From positions 32,001-96,000 of the forward strand of contig CAWDYW010000003.1 in the NCBI GenBank assembly GCA_963806855.1: DNA of 64,000 nucleotides, written 5' to 3'. The notes beneath the pieces are model-generated. The model worked only from the letters and a program-made list of their open reading frames with translations, did no database searches and had not been told where the DNA came from. The position numbers and the translations under genes are program-made. Below, in pieces: positions 8,701 through 19,871 of the stretch (positions are counted from its first letter, which is position 1; each line of letters begins with the position of its first letter). Source of the stretch: an uncultured Verrucomicrobiae bacterium. Lineage in GTDB: Bacteria; Chlamydiota; Chlamydiia; Chlamydiales; Rhabdochlamydiaceae.

Positions 8701-10295
8701 GAGTCTTCCGAATTTGGCGCAGCCTGCAATTTATTGATGATTTTATCGAGCCCTTTTGCAATGACGTAGATCGAACTGTTGTGCAGGTCGTGCTGTGCGA
8801 TTGTAGGTTGTGTGGCTGGAGCATAGATTACCAGGCCCAATTTTCGCTCATGGGCAGGCAGCTTCGAATAGGTCTCGTAATTCCAAATGGGGAACGACTC
8901 GCGGCCGAGGTCGCGGTGTTTCGGATGCCAGTGGGCAAGGAGCGATTGCCGGATCTCTTCTGCTCGAGCTGCTGCAACCTGCGACAGTCGCATTGCGAGG
9001 AAGCTATTGCTCCCTTCAAGGTCGCTCAATTTAACTTGAAAGCCTGTACCAAGTGGAGAAATTTGTTCGCCGCAGCTGCGCGATTCATAGGCGATTTCAT
9101 TATAGATGAATTGATCGGCCTGCTCCTTTTGATTCCGTTTTCCTTTAGCGACAAGTGCATCCTTAAAGGAGACTAGATCTGGGAAAATGGTCAGTTCAAT
9201 TGCCTCAGATTCCCAATCGATGGTGATATTTTGAATGTAGGGGTTGCGACCATCAAAGTTCAGGATTTGATGCTTTGATCTGGCTTCGTTCATTGCCGCA
9301 TAGCTTTGCTCGAGTTTGGTACTTAAAGATTCAAATGCCCAAGGATTCTTCCCAGCTGCAAAGGCGGCTTTATTCCTTTTTACAGCTGCATAGGCCCCTT
9401 CGATCGTTTTTTCTTGTGAGGTGAGCTGTTCGAGCCGTTGCTGTTTGTCTGTATCTAAGAAATTGCCTTTAGCTTGTAAACTTTGCGCTTCAGATTGCAG
9501 TGCGATTCTCTCTAATTTGAGTTGATCTTTTGCCTGTTCCAACGTGTGAATAAAGTTTTGAATGAAGAGGTCTCGGTTATCGGTTTCTACTTGTGAGAAG
9601 GAGGCAAAATAACGTTTGGCAGCCACTTCATTTTCACCAAAGACGCTGACTGCAGTAAGGATGTCTTGGGCAATTTGGAGGGTTAAATCTTGTGAAGGAT
9701 GGGCAATTAACGCCTGTACCCGTCTCCCGTTTTCGCTTGGGCCGCCTATTGCAACTGCAAGTTGGAGAGCCCGATCAAAAGTGAGCGCTTTGTACAGGGG
9801 GGTAGGGGCCCCGTTGGAATCCACTTTACTAGAGAATTGGAAATAGTTGTCTTTAGCAGCTTCATTAAAATGGAGAGGTATTTTCGTTTGGACGACAACT
9901 GTTTTTGATACTGGGGTGCCAGGATCTAACAGTGAGAGTTGGCTGGGAACAAAAGAGATCAGAGATCCTGCTTTGGGCAAAAACTTTGAAAATGTTTTAG
10001 CGTCTTCTAAATTTTTGAAGGTTAAAGCAAGATGGTGAGGGTTGTCAGCCTCTGGCGTAATGGATTGGGGCTTAATTTTGAGGAGCTTACAGAAGGAGTG
10101 GAGCCAATCTTGGGCTTCAACCTCGAGATGATTGACACGCTGCATCACCTCAGAAGAAATTTTTGACGCCCTATCTGCATCAATTGCCGATTTAAGTGGC
10201 TTCGAATAGAAGAATACTGTCGGAAGGATGTTATAGACAGTAAGGATAAGGACGCCGTAAATAAGCAACTGCTGCCAACGTTTTCTTTTTTCCAT
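5736..10295 (-). CDS. secDF: Fused protein translocase SecDF with large chlamydial N-terminal extension
   Basis: GLDLSGG, GMAVDANVLIFERIREE, GMDFTGG and GYSLNDTIIVFDRIRE motifs. Confidence 0.97.
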   Translation of the reverse strand: MEKRKRWQQLLIYGVLILTVYNILPTVFFYSKPLKSAIDADRASKISSEVMQRVNHLEVEAQDWLHSFCKLLKIKPQSITPEADNPHHLALTFKNLEDAKTFSKFLPKAGSLISFVPSQLSLLDPGTPVSKTVVVQTKIPLHFNEAAKDNYFQFSSKVDSNGAPTPLYKALTFDRALQLAVAIGGPSENGRRVQALIAHPSQDLTLQIAQDILTAVSVFGENEVAAKRYFASFSQVETDNRDLFIQNFIHTLEQAKDQLKLERIALQSEAQSLQAKGNFLDTDKQQRLEQLTSQEKTIEGAYAAVKRNKAAFAAGKNPWAFESLSTKLEQSYAAMNEARSKHQILNFDGRNPYIQNITIDWESEAIELTIFPDLVSFKDALVAKGKRNQKEQADQFIYNEIAYESRSCGEQISPLGTGFQVKLSDLEGSNSFLAMRLSQVAAARAEEIRQSLLAHWHPKHRDLGRESFPIWNYETYSKLPAHERKLGLVIYAPATQPTIAQHDLHNSSIYVIAKGLDKIINKLQAAPNSEDSRQFFQDFNALKTLLQQNGLFGYPGSTLASNTDFVNDFIFEAEDFYLPVINATREDFTVHGTKRYAILEFTNVGQRILTKNKIANQQHEDLLKWRDNYRASQLKIAGSSPYDVPKPTRSVLMDNLKLSSAKYFAGDDRKILNWGLDLSGGKTVQIQLRDQTNQLVTDDEAIRQGINELYERVNKMGVSEVSIRREGNCITLDFPGSQSLSASELIKASTMYFHLVNEKFNERNPHLGQASEQFLQEIWNEAVVTGRKSADEINQIAWRHLHGDSLDPEVIQPRSNAARLLHENGLRLASPNDHTANNLFNDAISKIAITRGQDFTEWHGKTHPLVVVFRNFALEGSNLKNVQAGYDPNKGNFLNFEIQGKEALKSGEKINPRDDLYAWTSQFSKDKITGTPNAVFSANEGWRMAVVLNGTIITAPNLTASIREGCRIEGNFTQREVNQLEADLKAGSLSFTPHILSEKNVSPELGAKERTFSIMATCISLALVVICMIAYYRFAGLVASVAVIVNLLIMWAILQNLGATLTLATIAGAILTLGMAVDANVLIFERIREEFALTGKIGSAIFAGYEKAFSAILDSNLTTIIAALILLQFDSGPIKGFAMSLIIGIVSSMFTALFMTRFYFTGWVQNPKNTKLSMSKLINAVNFNFLKHAKTAFLASGIIVLIGAALFVQQRHTIMGMDFTGGYSLTVELEQKANFNYREAVEKALIAKGASAQDFQVRQLTPLNHIRLFLSKNMQQDGHPFFGMPLQMDGKNVKHQFENNPRILWVVQSLAAQGLVISPDSLANLDQNWSEISGQLSDSMRNSALIGLAIAVIAILLYITFRFEFKYAISATLCLVHDILITLASISILNYLGLPMQIDLNTIAALMTIVGYSLNDTIIVFDRIREDVKFMRKASFIEVVNHALNVTLSRTTMTSGTTLLVLLPLVAMGGSTIFAFSLVMIVGVVFGTLSSLFIAAPLLNFFHARQGKQKPTTVEIVHE

Positions 10296-10392
10296 AGTTT
10301 CCCATTTAGATAGTTCTATTTGGGTAAGGGTATCCTATCAAAACCCAAAATGTCCACTCAAAAATTCTTCTGAAAATTTTTAGCTAGTGTAG

Positions 10393-12499
<2,107 letters not shown>

Positions 12500-12503
<4 letters not shown>

Positions 12504-13375
12504 AATCCGATCAATTTTCAGATTTAAATAAGAGAACAGCGATGACGGTGGGGATCCTGGTCGTGCTGATCCTTCTCATCATTTATGCAGCGAACCCAAT
12601 TGTGAGTCTATGCATCGTCGCGCTCGTGTCTGCCTTCGCGGCACTCGGCGTGTGGGAATATGCCCGACTGGCCAATTCCAAAGGGGTTCAACCGGCCCTC
12701 TATTTAATGATCACTGTCGCCGTCTGCGAGGTGATCGCCTTTTTTATCGCCCATAAGTGGATCCATTCCTGTGAATTGCCCGTATTTGTCGCCGCTATCG
12801 GTGTGTGCCTGTTCTTTTTAAATCGCTTTCGTAGATCGGAAGAGGCGCTGATCAATGTCGCGGTAGAATTTTTTGGCGTCGCCTATATCGCGATCCCACT
12901 TAGCTACATGCTTGCCATTCTCTATCCCATCGCCCCCTCCTCTGTTGAAGATGGCAGATGGTGGCTCTGCTACCTCATTTTTGTCACAAAAATCACCGAC
13001 ATTGGGGCCTATTTTGTTGGACGCATCTGGGGCAAGCATCGGCTGGCTCCGGTCTTAAGCCCCAACAAAACAGTCGAAGGGGCAATCGGAGGGCTGGTTT
13101 GCACGATTTTGCTTAGCCTGCTTATGGTCTATTTAGGGCGAGTTTTTGCAGGGCATGCCTTCCCTCTAAAATATCTCGATGCCCTTTTTCTCGGAATTTT
13201 GATTGGGGTGTTTGGGCAAATTGGCGACTTGGCTGAATCGCTGCTGAAGCGGGATGCCGCCGTAAAGGATAGCAGCCGGATGCCTGGCCTCGGAGGAGTA
13301 CTCGACATGATCGATTCGCTTATCTTTACAGCTCCGATCGTCTATTTCTATCTTAGATGGTACCCCCACTCATGA
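12500..13375 (+). CDS. cdsA: Phosphatidate cytidylyltransferase
   Basis: DIGAYFVG, SPNKTVEG, GDLAESLLKRDAAVKDS; follows uppS. Confidence 0.96.
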
Positions 13376-14715
13376 TCATTACAATCGACGGACCCGCAGG
13401 GACAGGAAAGAGTACAGTTGCCAAAAAAGTCGCCGACAGGCTGGGGATGATCTATTTCGACACCGGAGCAATGTATCGGGCCTTTACTTGGACCCTCTTA
13501 AATAAGGAAATTCCATTCAGCAACGCCGAGCAAATCGATCGGGAATTAGCAACCTTTTTATTCGACATCGAGATGATGGAGGGAAGAAAACGGTATTTTG
13601 TCAATGGAACCGATGTGACCGAAGCCATTCGGACTCAAAAGATCAATGAAAACGTCTCTGAAGTCTCTGCGATGAAAAACGTGCGCGAGTCCCTATGTAG
13701 AATACAACGCTCCTACGCGCAAAAGCAGGGATCTGTCTTCGAAGGGCGGGATATGGGTTCGGTCGTCTTCCCGAATGCTGAGGTGAAAATCTTCCTCGAA
13801 GCCTCTGCCGAAGTACGTGCCAAGCGCAGACTGAGCGAGATGAAAGAGAAAATGCCCCATGAGGCGGCAGCTTTCGATGAAAAGAAAATGGAGCAAGATT
13901 TGAAGCGGCGCGATGCCTATGACTCAAGCAGAAAAATCGCTCCACTGGTCTGTCCTAAAGGGGCGCTGCGAATCGACACCTCAGAGCTTACCATTGATCA
14001 AGTTGTAGAGAAAATCATTCAATATTACCACAAACAAGTCAAAAAATTGATCCCTGCTTGGCTCCACTCCAAACAGATGGGTCTGTTGTATCGCTTTATC
14101 CTTTTTCTCGCATGGGGAGCCTTTAGACTCTTTTATCGACACAAGGTCTATGGAATCGAGCATTTCATCCGTGGATCGGCGATCATCGCCCCCAATCACA
14201 CTTCCTATCTGGATCCTGAAATTGCGTCGATTTCTTGGCCAGAAGAGGTCCATTTCCTCGCCCGTGAAAGCCTCTTTAAACCTTTTCTTTTCGGTCCTTT
14301 TATTCGAGCCCTCAACGCTCATCCTGTCAGCGGGGATGCGACCGACATCGGCGTCTTTAAAACGATCATCGAGATCTTAAAAGAAGGGAAGCAACTTATC
14401 CTTTTTCCAGAAGGAGAGAGAACCGATGGGGAACTTCAGGAAATTAAACCGGGAATTGGGATGCTCGCGATCAGATCGAAAGCCGCCATCATCCCCACCT
14501 ACATTCACGGCGCCTATGAAATCTGGGGAAGACACCGGAAGTTTCCAAAGCTATTCGGCCATACCGCCTGCGTCTTTGGAACGCCGATCCATTGGGAAGC
14601 CTTTATCAATCTGGATAAGAAAGAGGCGCAGGCCAAAATTGCAGAAGAGGTTACGAAATCGATTCTCGCCTTGAAGGCCTGGTATGAAGCCGGAGCGAAG
14701 GGAATACCCCCATAG
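13372..14715 (+). CDS. cmk: Cytidylate kinase fused to 1-acyl-sn-glycerol-3-phosphate acyltransferase (Cmk-PlsC)
   Basis: N-terminal IDGPAGTGKST, DTGAMYR and EGRDMGSVVFP; C-terminal NHTSYLD and FPEGER in one frame. Confidence 0.92.
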   Translation: MIITIDGPAGTGKSTVAKKVADRLGMIYFDTGAMYRAFTWTLLNKEIPFSNAEQIDRELATFLFDIEMMEGRKRYFVNGTDVTEAIRTQKINENVSEVSAMKNVRESLCRIQRSYAQKQGSVFEGRDMGSVVFPNAEVKIFLEASAEVRAKRRLSEMKEKMPHEAAAFDEKKMEQDLKRRDAYDSSRKIAPLVCPKGALRIDTSELTIDQVVEKIIQYYHKQVKKLIPAWLHSKQMGLLYRFILFLAWGAFRLFYRHKVYGIEHFIRGSAIIAPNHTSYLDPEIASISWPEEVHFLARESLFKPFLFGPFIRALNAHPVSGDATDIGVFKTIIEILKEGKQLILFPEGERTDGELQEIKPGIGMLAIRSKAAIIPTYIHGAYEIWGRHRKFPKLFGHTACVFGTPIHWEAFINLDKKEAQAKIAEEVTKSILALKAWYEAGAKGIPP

Positions 14716-14726
14716 CGATAGCGAAT

Positions 14727-14810
14727 TGCGGCCAAGAAGACTTGAACTTCCACCGAGTTGCCCCGACAAGAACCTGAATCTTGCGCGTCTACCAGTTTCG
14801 CCATGGCCGC
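14727..14810 (-). tRNA. tRNA-Leu(CAG), CCA not encoded
   Basis: rc GCGGCCATGGCGAAACTGGTAGACGCGCAAGATTCAGGTTCTTGTCGGGGCAACTCGGTGGAAGTTCAAGTCTTCTTGGCCGCA: acceptor stem, CAG anticodon, long variable arm, GTTCAA T-loop. Confidence 0.96.
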
Positions 14811-14895
14811 ATAGGGTTCTATTATGCCTATTGTCTTCTAAAAATTCCAGCGAATATGTTAGACTTAAGGTTAGAACAGGCATGAGGAGATGAGG

Positions 14896-15234
14896 ATGGC
14901 TGAAAAAAAGAATGATCATTTTACCCTTTTAACCGAAGAAAATTTTAAAAATGGTGTTAGCGACGGCCTGACGCTTGTCGATTTTTATGCCGATTGGTGC
15001 GGCCCTTGCAGAATGCTTACTCCTGTCTTAGAGGATGTGGCGAAGGATGTCGCAGGCCAAGCGAAAATCGCCAAAATCGATATCGATCAAGCGCAGAGAG
15101 TTGCTTCTACATATCAAGTGACCTCTATTCCCACTCTTATCCTATTTAAAGATGGAAAAGAAGTGGGACGGCTCGTTGGACTTCGCGATCGGGATACAAT
15201 CAAAGAATTTATCCAGGTCGGTGCCCATAAGTGA
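14896..15234 (+). CDS. trxA: Thioredoxin
   Basis: VDFYADWCGPC and IPTLILFKDG. Confidence 0.95.
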   Translation: MAEKKNDHFTLLTEENFKNGVSDGLTLVDFYADWCGPCRMLTPVLEDVAKDVAGQAKIAKIDIDQAQRVASTYQVTSIPTLILFKDGKEVGRLVGLRDRDTIKEFIQVGAHK

Positions 15235-15806
15235 CTGCTGCTATCCCAATTGCTCGCCTGAAAAATGATGAGGTAGGTCAATTCACTCCTACCGATATTT
15301 TATTGGGTGCAGCGGGATCAGTAGTTTCTATAGGAATTGGGTACGGTGCCATGCGCGGCACGCAAGTTTTGATGGAAAATTGGGCGCTGAAAGGACTTGA
15401 ATCCCAATCTTATTTCCATCTTTATGATTGGCTGGGAACGGTTTCAAGCGGTCTATTGCGCGGCATTTTAAAATCAGTTGCCATTGCCTATATAGTGATC
15501 CTAATTCCGATTGTCGAGGAGTGGTTCTTTCGCGACGTGCTGTATTCTTGGCAAGAAGCTAAGAGTTCATCCCCAGACAAACTCAGTTCGAGAATCTATC
15601 GAGTGCTCTCAAATGGGCTTGTTTTTGGTGCTTTTCATTTTAGTCTTTTGCTAGGATGGTCAAATATCCCGATTGTTGCGGTGAGCACGATCGCGGGTTT
15701 CGTTTTTTCATTATTACGAGAATTGACGGGAGATCGTTGGGCTTCAACAGTGGCCCATTCTCTGAATAATTCTTTTGTATTATTTATTAACGTTTTAAGG
15801 ATTTAG
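15231..15806 (+). CDS. CPBP (Abi/CAAX) family intramembrane metalloprotease
   Basis: EEWFFR, FGAFH and AHSLNN motifs with multiple TM segments. Confidence 0.85.
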   Translation: MTAAIPIARLKNDEVGQFTPTDILLGAAGSVVSIGIGYGAMRGTQVLMENWALKGLESQSYFHLYDWLGTVSSGLLRGILKSVAIAYIVILIPIVEEWFFRDVLYSWQEAKSSSPDKLSSRIYRVLSNGLVFGAFHFSLLLGWSNIPIVAVSTIAGFVFSLLRELTGDRWASTVAHSLNNSFVLFINVLRI

Positions 15807-15815
15807 AGGTTCTTT

Positions 15816-16184
15816 ATGTATCTATGGTTATTATGCTTAGCCCTATTTGGCACCCTGCCAGCAGTTGCAGCTGAGGTTCCCGTTGTCACGGAACAAAATT
15901 TTGATGACTCGATTAAATCGGGAGTGGTCTTAGTCGACTTTTATGGCTCCTGGTGCGGTCCCTGCAAAAAACTCGGCCCCGTCCTCGATAGTGCTGCAGA
16001 CAAATTGAAAGGCGGTAAGAAAATTGTCAAAGTCAATATCGATCAGTCGAAAGATTTGGCAGATCGATTTAATGTCCGAGCTGTCCCCACAATGATTCTC
16101 TTTAAGAATGGTAAAGAGGTTGATCGGATGCAAGGCGCTGTCAGCGAAGATGACGTTTTAGACTTTATCAACTCTGCTAAGTAA
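15816..16184 (+). CDS. Thioredoxin with predicted Sec signal peptide
   Basis: Hydrophobic N-terminus ending AVAA-E, then VDFYGSWCGPC. Confidence 0.88.
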   Translation: MYLWLLCLALFGTLPAVAAEVPVVTEQNFDDSIKSGVVLVDFYGSWCGPCKKLGPVLDSAADKLKGGKKIVKVNIDQSKDLADRFNVRAVPTMILFKNGKEVDRMQGAVSEDDVLDFINSAK

Positions 16185-16188
16185 ATAA

Positions 16189-16265
16189 ACGTGCCCGTGT
16201 GCGTGCCCCTGCCCGTGCCCGAAATTTTTTTTCGGGCACGGGCAGGGGCACGCGCACGGGCACGT
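16189..16265. repeat. 36-bp-arm hairpin built from tandem GTGCCC units
   Basis: ACGTGCCCGTGTGCGTGCCCCTGCCCGTGCCCGAAA and its reverse complement with one G-T mismatch; 5-nt T loop. Confidence 0.9.
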
Positions 16266-16282
16266 AATTTCTATAATGGTTT

Positions 16283-16452
16283 TATACCCATTCCGTTTCA
16301 AAGATACCTGAAAAGGACTGAATTGAAAGCTCCCGCGATTGAATTATTTTTCAGAGGGTAGTATTAAATTCAATACAACCCTCTGAAAAAATAATTCAAT
16401 CCCGGGGCTTTGAATCAGTCCCTTAGGGTGTCTTTGAGACGGAATGGGTATT
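16283..16452. mobile_element. 170-bp fully palindromic MITE-like element (family F1)
   Basis: TATACCCATTCCGTTTCAAAGATACC...AGGACTG versus CAGTCCCTTAGGGTGTCTTTGAGACGGAATGGGTAT; inner arms GATTGAATTATTTTTCAGAGGGT/ACCCTCTGAAAAAATAATTCAATC. Confidence 0.7.
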
Positions 16453-18607
16453 ACCCCAATGCAACACATTATCGAGGATTGACCAGCGGGGCTCTGCTGG
16501 GCCGGCGACGCCCGTTTTACCCATGATCCAGAGGCTGTATTGGGCATCTTTGAAGCCATCATTTGCTTTCAATGTCAGCCACGTATTCAAAAAGTTGAGA
16601 AACTCGGGATCGCCGCATTTAATCGGATAGCCGAGTGTTTCAACGCCTAAATGTGGTTTAGGGTAAACGACCTCAAATAGAGGGTGGGCACTGGTCCAAG
16701 CAATCGCCTCTTGCTCGTCCCAAATGAGAATATCGGCAGGGGGATTTTCTCGATCAAATTCATCATAATCTTCAAGTAACACGATCTGATGCTGGGGGAA
16801 ATGATCATAGGCGATCCGTTCATAAGCGCTGTGAGTAGGGCGGCAATTTTGATTGAACGGTCGGCTTGCACTTTTTTAAGTGTGGACACCAGTTTGCGTT
16901 TTTTGTCTGGGGCGACAAAGACGATTTTTGCTTCAAGAATGGGAGTGGGAAAACACATCGTTCTTAGGCGAGACTCTGAGATGGAAATCGATGACATGGC
17001 GATATCGATGACATTATTATCGAGCTGTTGATCTAAATTTCTGTAGATGATGGGAATAAAATCGATCTGGTCGCAGCCTAAATCGTAGGCTAGTTGCTGA
17101 GCAAAGGCGATGTCAAATCCAACCAATTGATGCTGGTTATTAAAAAAGCAGAACGGGGTGGAATGGGGATCGTAGCCAACACGAAGAGTTTTCGTTCTAA
17201 AAATGCGATGGAGAGTCGATTCATTTGCTGCGGCTGCAAGGGGAGGTAGTTGCTTCGAATAGACGTTCACTTTTGCGGCAGATTCAATTTGTAGATCGAA
17301 AATCGTTTTCGATTCGTTTTGGATGCGGGGAAGGAAGTTAAAATATTTCAGCCCCCCAAAAATGAGCAGGACCGGGACGACAGTAAAGGCGGTGCCAAAG
17401 AGCAATTTTTTCCAATTATAGGTAAGGAGTCCCCTGCCGGCGAGCATGATCAAGAAAGCCAGAGTGGAGATCAGCATTGCCGAGACCATCGATTGGAAGC
17501 CGGCAGTAAAGGGAACAACTGCGAGGTAGAGGTTGATGGCGTCGATCGGCAGTCCCAGAGTGTCGAGGATGAAGGTCAAGCTATTGATCCACGAGCCAAG
17601 GCCGACAGCGCCAAGGCAGGTAAGAAAGGTTGTAACGAGCAGCTTCAGCTGTTCAGGGATTCCGAGTTTAACCGAGAAAAAGACAGCGGTGAAGAAGACA
17701 AAGGCTGCAGTGAAAAATGATCCAAGGGGGAAGTTAAAAATGATCGAGACCGTACCTTGGACCTGACTTTGGACATTTTCATCTTTCGGATAGAGCATCT
17801 GCACTTCACGTCGGATGATATTGATGATATAGGGCAAAGCGACGATTGTAAGAGTCGTCGTATAGGTGAGGATCAGCACCGGGATCAAGTTCTTGATCCA
17901 GATAACCGCTTTCATTGGGGTGAGAATGCTTGCAAGCCTTGGTATAATCCAGAAGACGACCAGCAGCGTCCCCACGAATAACAAAATGATGTAGGTACTC
18001 ATCTGCTTGAGTAGTGGCGAATTGACGTCCCACTTGAGGCCATGATCATAAAGGTTCCAATTGGAGTGATCCGGGCGATCCAGGAAGTGACTTTGGTCAG
18101 AGCATCGAGAAGAGTCTGCAACGTGGCCATAAAAACTTGTTTATCGGCCATGTACATCAATGAAATTCCAATCAGAATGCAAAAGACAACGACCGCCGGG
18201 ATGATGTTGTTGGCCAAGTTATAAAAGATATTCTCTGGGATGAGAAGCTCGGCAAAATTGAGAGCGGGGATCTCTTTTGAGACGTAGCTTGTGTGCTGTG
18301 GTCCTTCTGCAGCCGGATAGGTCCAATACATCAAGTAAATGACGCAGATATTGATGGCGAGCGCGAGCGCGATGAAAATCGATCCCTTCTTTAGAATTTG
18401 CATGGCCTGGGCTCGGTTGAGCAACCCAATACCGTGGATAATCGCGACGATCAAATAAGGGATCGCCGTGATCTTGAGGATCATGATGTAGGCGGAAGCA
18501 TAAGGCTCCAAAACAGCGCATCTTTGCCCAAAAAAGAGGCCGACGCATATCCCTAAGAGGGTTGCGAGCGCCATTTGAAGAGGAAAAGAAAATCTACTTG
18601 GGCTCAT
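16423..18607 (-). pseudogene. Dicarboxylate/amino acid:cation symporter fused to a family-3 substrate-binding domain, split by frameshifts (probably sequence errors)
   Basis: Three consecutive ORFs (18607-17999, 18002-16647, 16782-16423) form one protein: DAACS TM region (LIPENIF, ARITPIG) plus TLRVG..PFCF..LVGFDI SBP; breaks near 18030 and 16830. Confidence 0.8.
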
Positions 18608-18610
18608 CGA

Positions 18611-19057
18611 TTATGAAAATTCCATCTGTCTCCAAGCTTCATATAGTACAATCGAAACAGAATTGGCAAGGTTTAAGCAACGGGTCTCTTTTCTTTTTGG
18701 GATAGTGCAGAACTTTTCGGGCCATCTGTCCCAAAAAATCTGCGGCAAACCAGCCGTTTCTGATCCAAAGATCAGAAAATCCCCCTTCTCATAGACAATA
18801 TCAGTATACCGTTTTGCCGCATGCGACGAGAGGAAAAAGAAACGCCCCTTAGTATTTTCTAAAAAGAGATTTAAATCATCAATAAAGTTGACCTCAACCC
18901 CTTCCCAATAATCCAAACCGGCTCGCTTCAGATGACGATTCGAGACGCTAAAACCAAGTGGTTTGACGAGAAAAAGTTTCGATCCTGTGACGGCGCAAGT
19001 GCGAACGATATTGCCCGTATTTTGCGGGATCTGAGGTTGAAAAAGAATAATGTTCAT
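18611..19057 (-). CDS. trmL: tRNA (cytidine/uridine-2'-O)-methyltransferase TrmL (SPOUT)
   Basis: PQIPQNTGNI, KRAGLDYW, FGSETAGLP and CLNLANSV. Confidence 0.95.
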   Translation of the reverse strand: MNIILFQPQIPQNTGNIVRTCAVTGSKLFLVKPLGFSVSNRHLKRAGLDYWEGVEVNFIDDLNLFLENTKGRFFFLSSHAAKRYTDIVYEKGDFLIFGSETAGLPQIFWDRWPEKFCTIPKRKETRCLNLANSVSIVLYEAWRQMEFS

Positions 19058-19755
19058 CTCAATGCAGGTGCATCGAGCTCTGTTTCTGTTTTAGAATCTG
19101 CTTCAATGATGAGCGAATTTGGAAGATTTTCTTCAACTGTATTGGCTTTGACTATTTCCACTTCAAAAGTGAGCAATGAGTTAGGAGGAAGAATCCCTTT
19201 TGTCCCATAGGCAAGCTCAGGGTGAATGTAAAGAGTGCGCTTTTCGCCTTCTTGCATTCCAACTAGGCCCTTTGAAAAGCCTGGAATCGCCCCTTCAAGT
19301 GACAGAATCTCCGCTTCTCGAGATTGGCCGAAGATGCTTCCATCCAAGTATTTTCCGACGTAGCGAATCAGCGGGCTAAAATTCGATTCCACTTTAGCGC
19401 CTTCCCCTTTCTTTTCAACCTTGTACTGCACTTTCCCTTCTTCAAGAGCGATGACTTCATTATTTTTGGCATTCTCTTTCAAGAACGTCTCTGCAGCTTT
19501 GAGGTTATTGCTCGCTTGGTACGTTAAAACAGCTTGGCGGCACTCCTCTTCTGTCAGAGGAGCAGTTTTTCCACTTGCTTGATCTTTCATTCCTTTGAAA
19601 ACCAATTCCATGTCGAGGTCGAGTCCCAATGACTTGAGGTTCTTCCCAATCATATGTCCGAAAGTTTCAGAGATTTTTGTTGTATCGGTCTTTGCTTCTT
19701 CAGCGAATAAGCAAGTTGAAGCTATAAGAGAGACAGTAAGAAATCGATAAAACAT
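19054..19755 (-). CDS. mip: Mip-like FKBP peptidyl-prolyl isomerase
   Basis: Signal peptide, dimerisation helix, IPGFSKG..HPELAYG..PPNSLLTFEVE; AAGGAG RBS before the ATG at 19755. Confidence 0.9.
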   Translation of the reverse strand: MFYRFLTVSLIASTCLFAEEAKTDTTKISETFGHMIGKNLKSLGLDLDMELVFKGMKDQASGKTAPLTEEECRQAVLTYQASNNLKAAETFLKENAKNNEVIALEEGKVQYKVEKKGEGAKVESNFSPLIRYVGKYLDGSIFGQSREAEILSLEGAIPGFSKGLVGMQEGEKRTLYIHPELAYGTKGILPPNSLLTFEVEIVKANTVEENLPNSLIIEADSKTETELDAPALR

Positions 19756-19871
19756 AAAAACTCCTTTTTTAAGAATAGTATGAGCCAAATTTACTTTGAG
19801 GTCAAGCTCATCGGATATGGGTTCTCCAGTATTGATCTATAACTAACTGTTGGTTAAGCCACTTAAGTTTT

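Noticed and set aside
5736..10295. Unusually long (1519 aa) SecDF
   Set aside because: A large fused SecDF with an N-terminal extension is normal in Chlamydiota.
14514..14919. ORFs spanning the tRNA region
   Set aside because: Translation of tRNA-Leu and antisense plsC.
16189..16452. Possible CRISPR array
   Set aside because: The repeats are inverted, with no direct repeat-spacer periodicity and no cas genes.
14727..16452. tRNA-Leu as an island attachment site
   Set aside because: No duplicated tRNA 3' end and no integrase found in the window.
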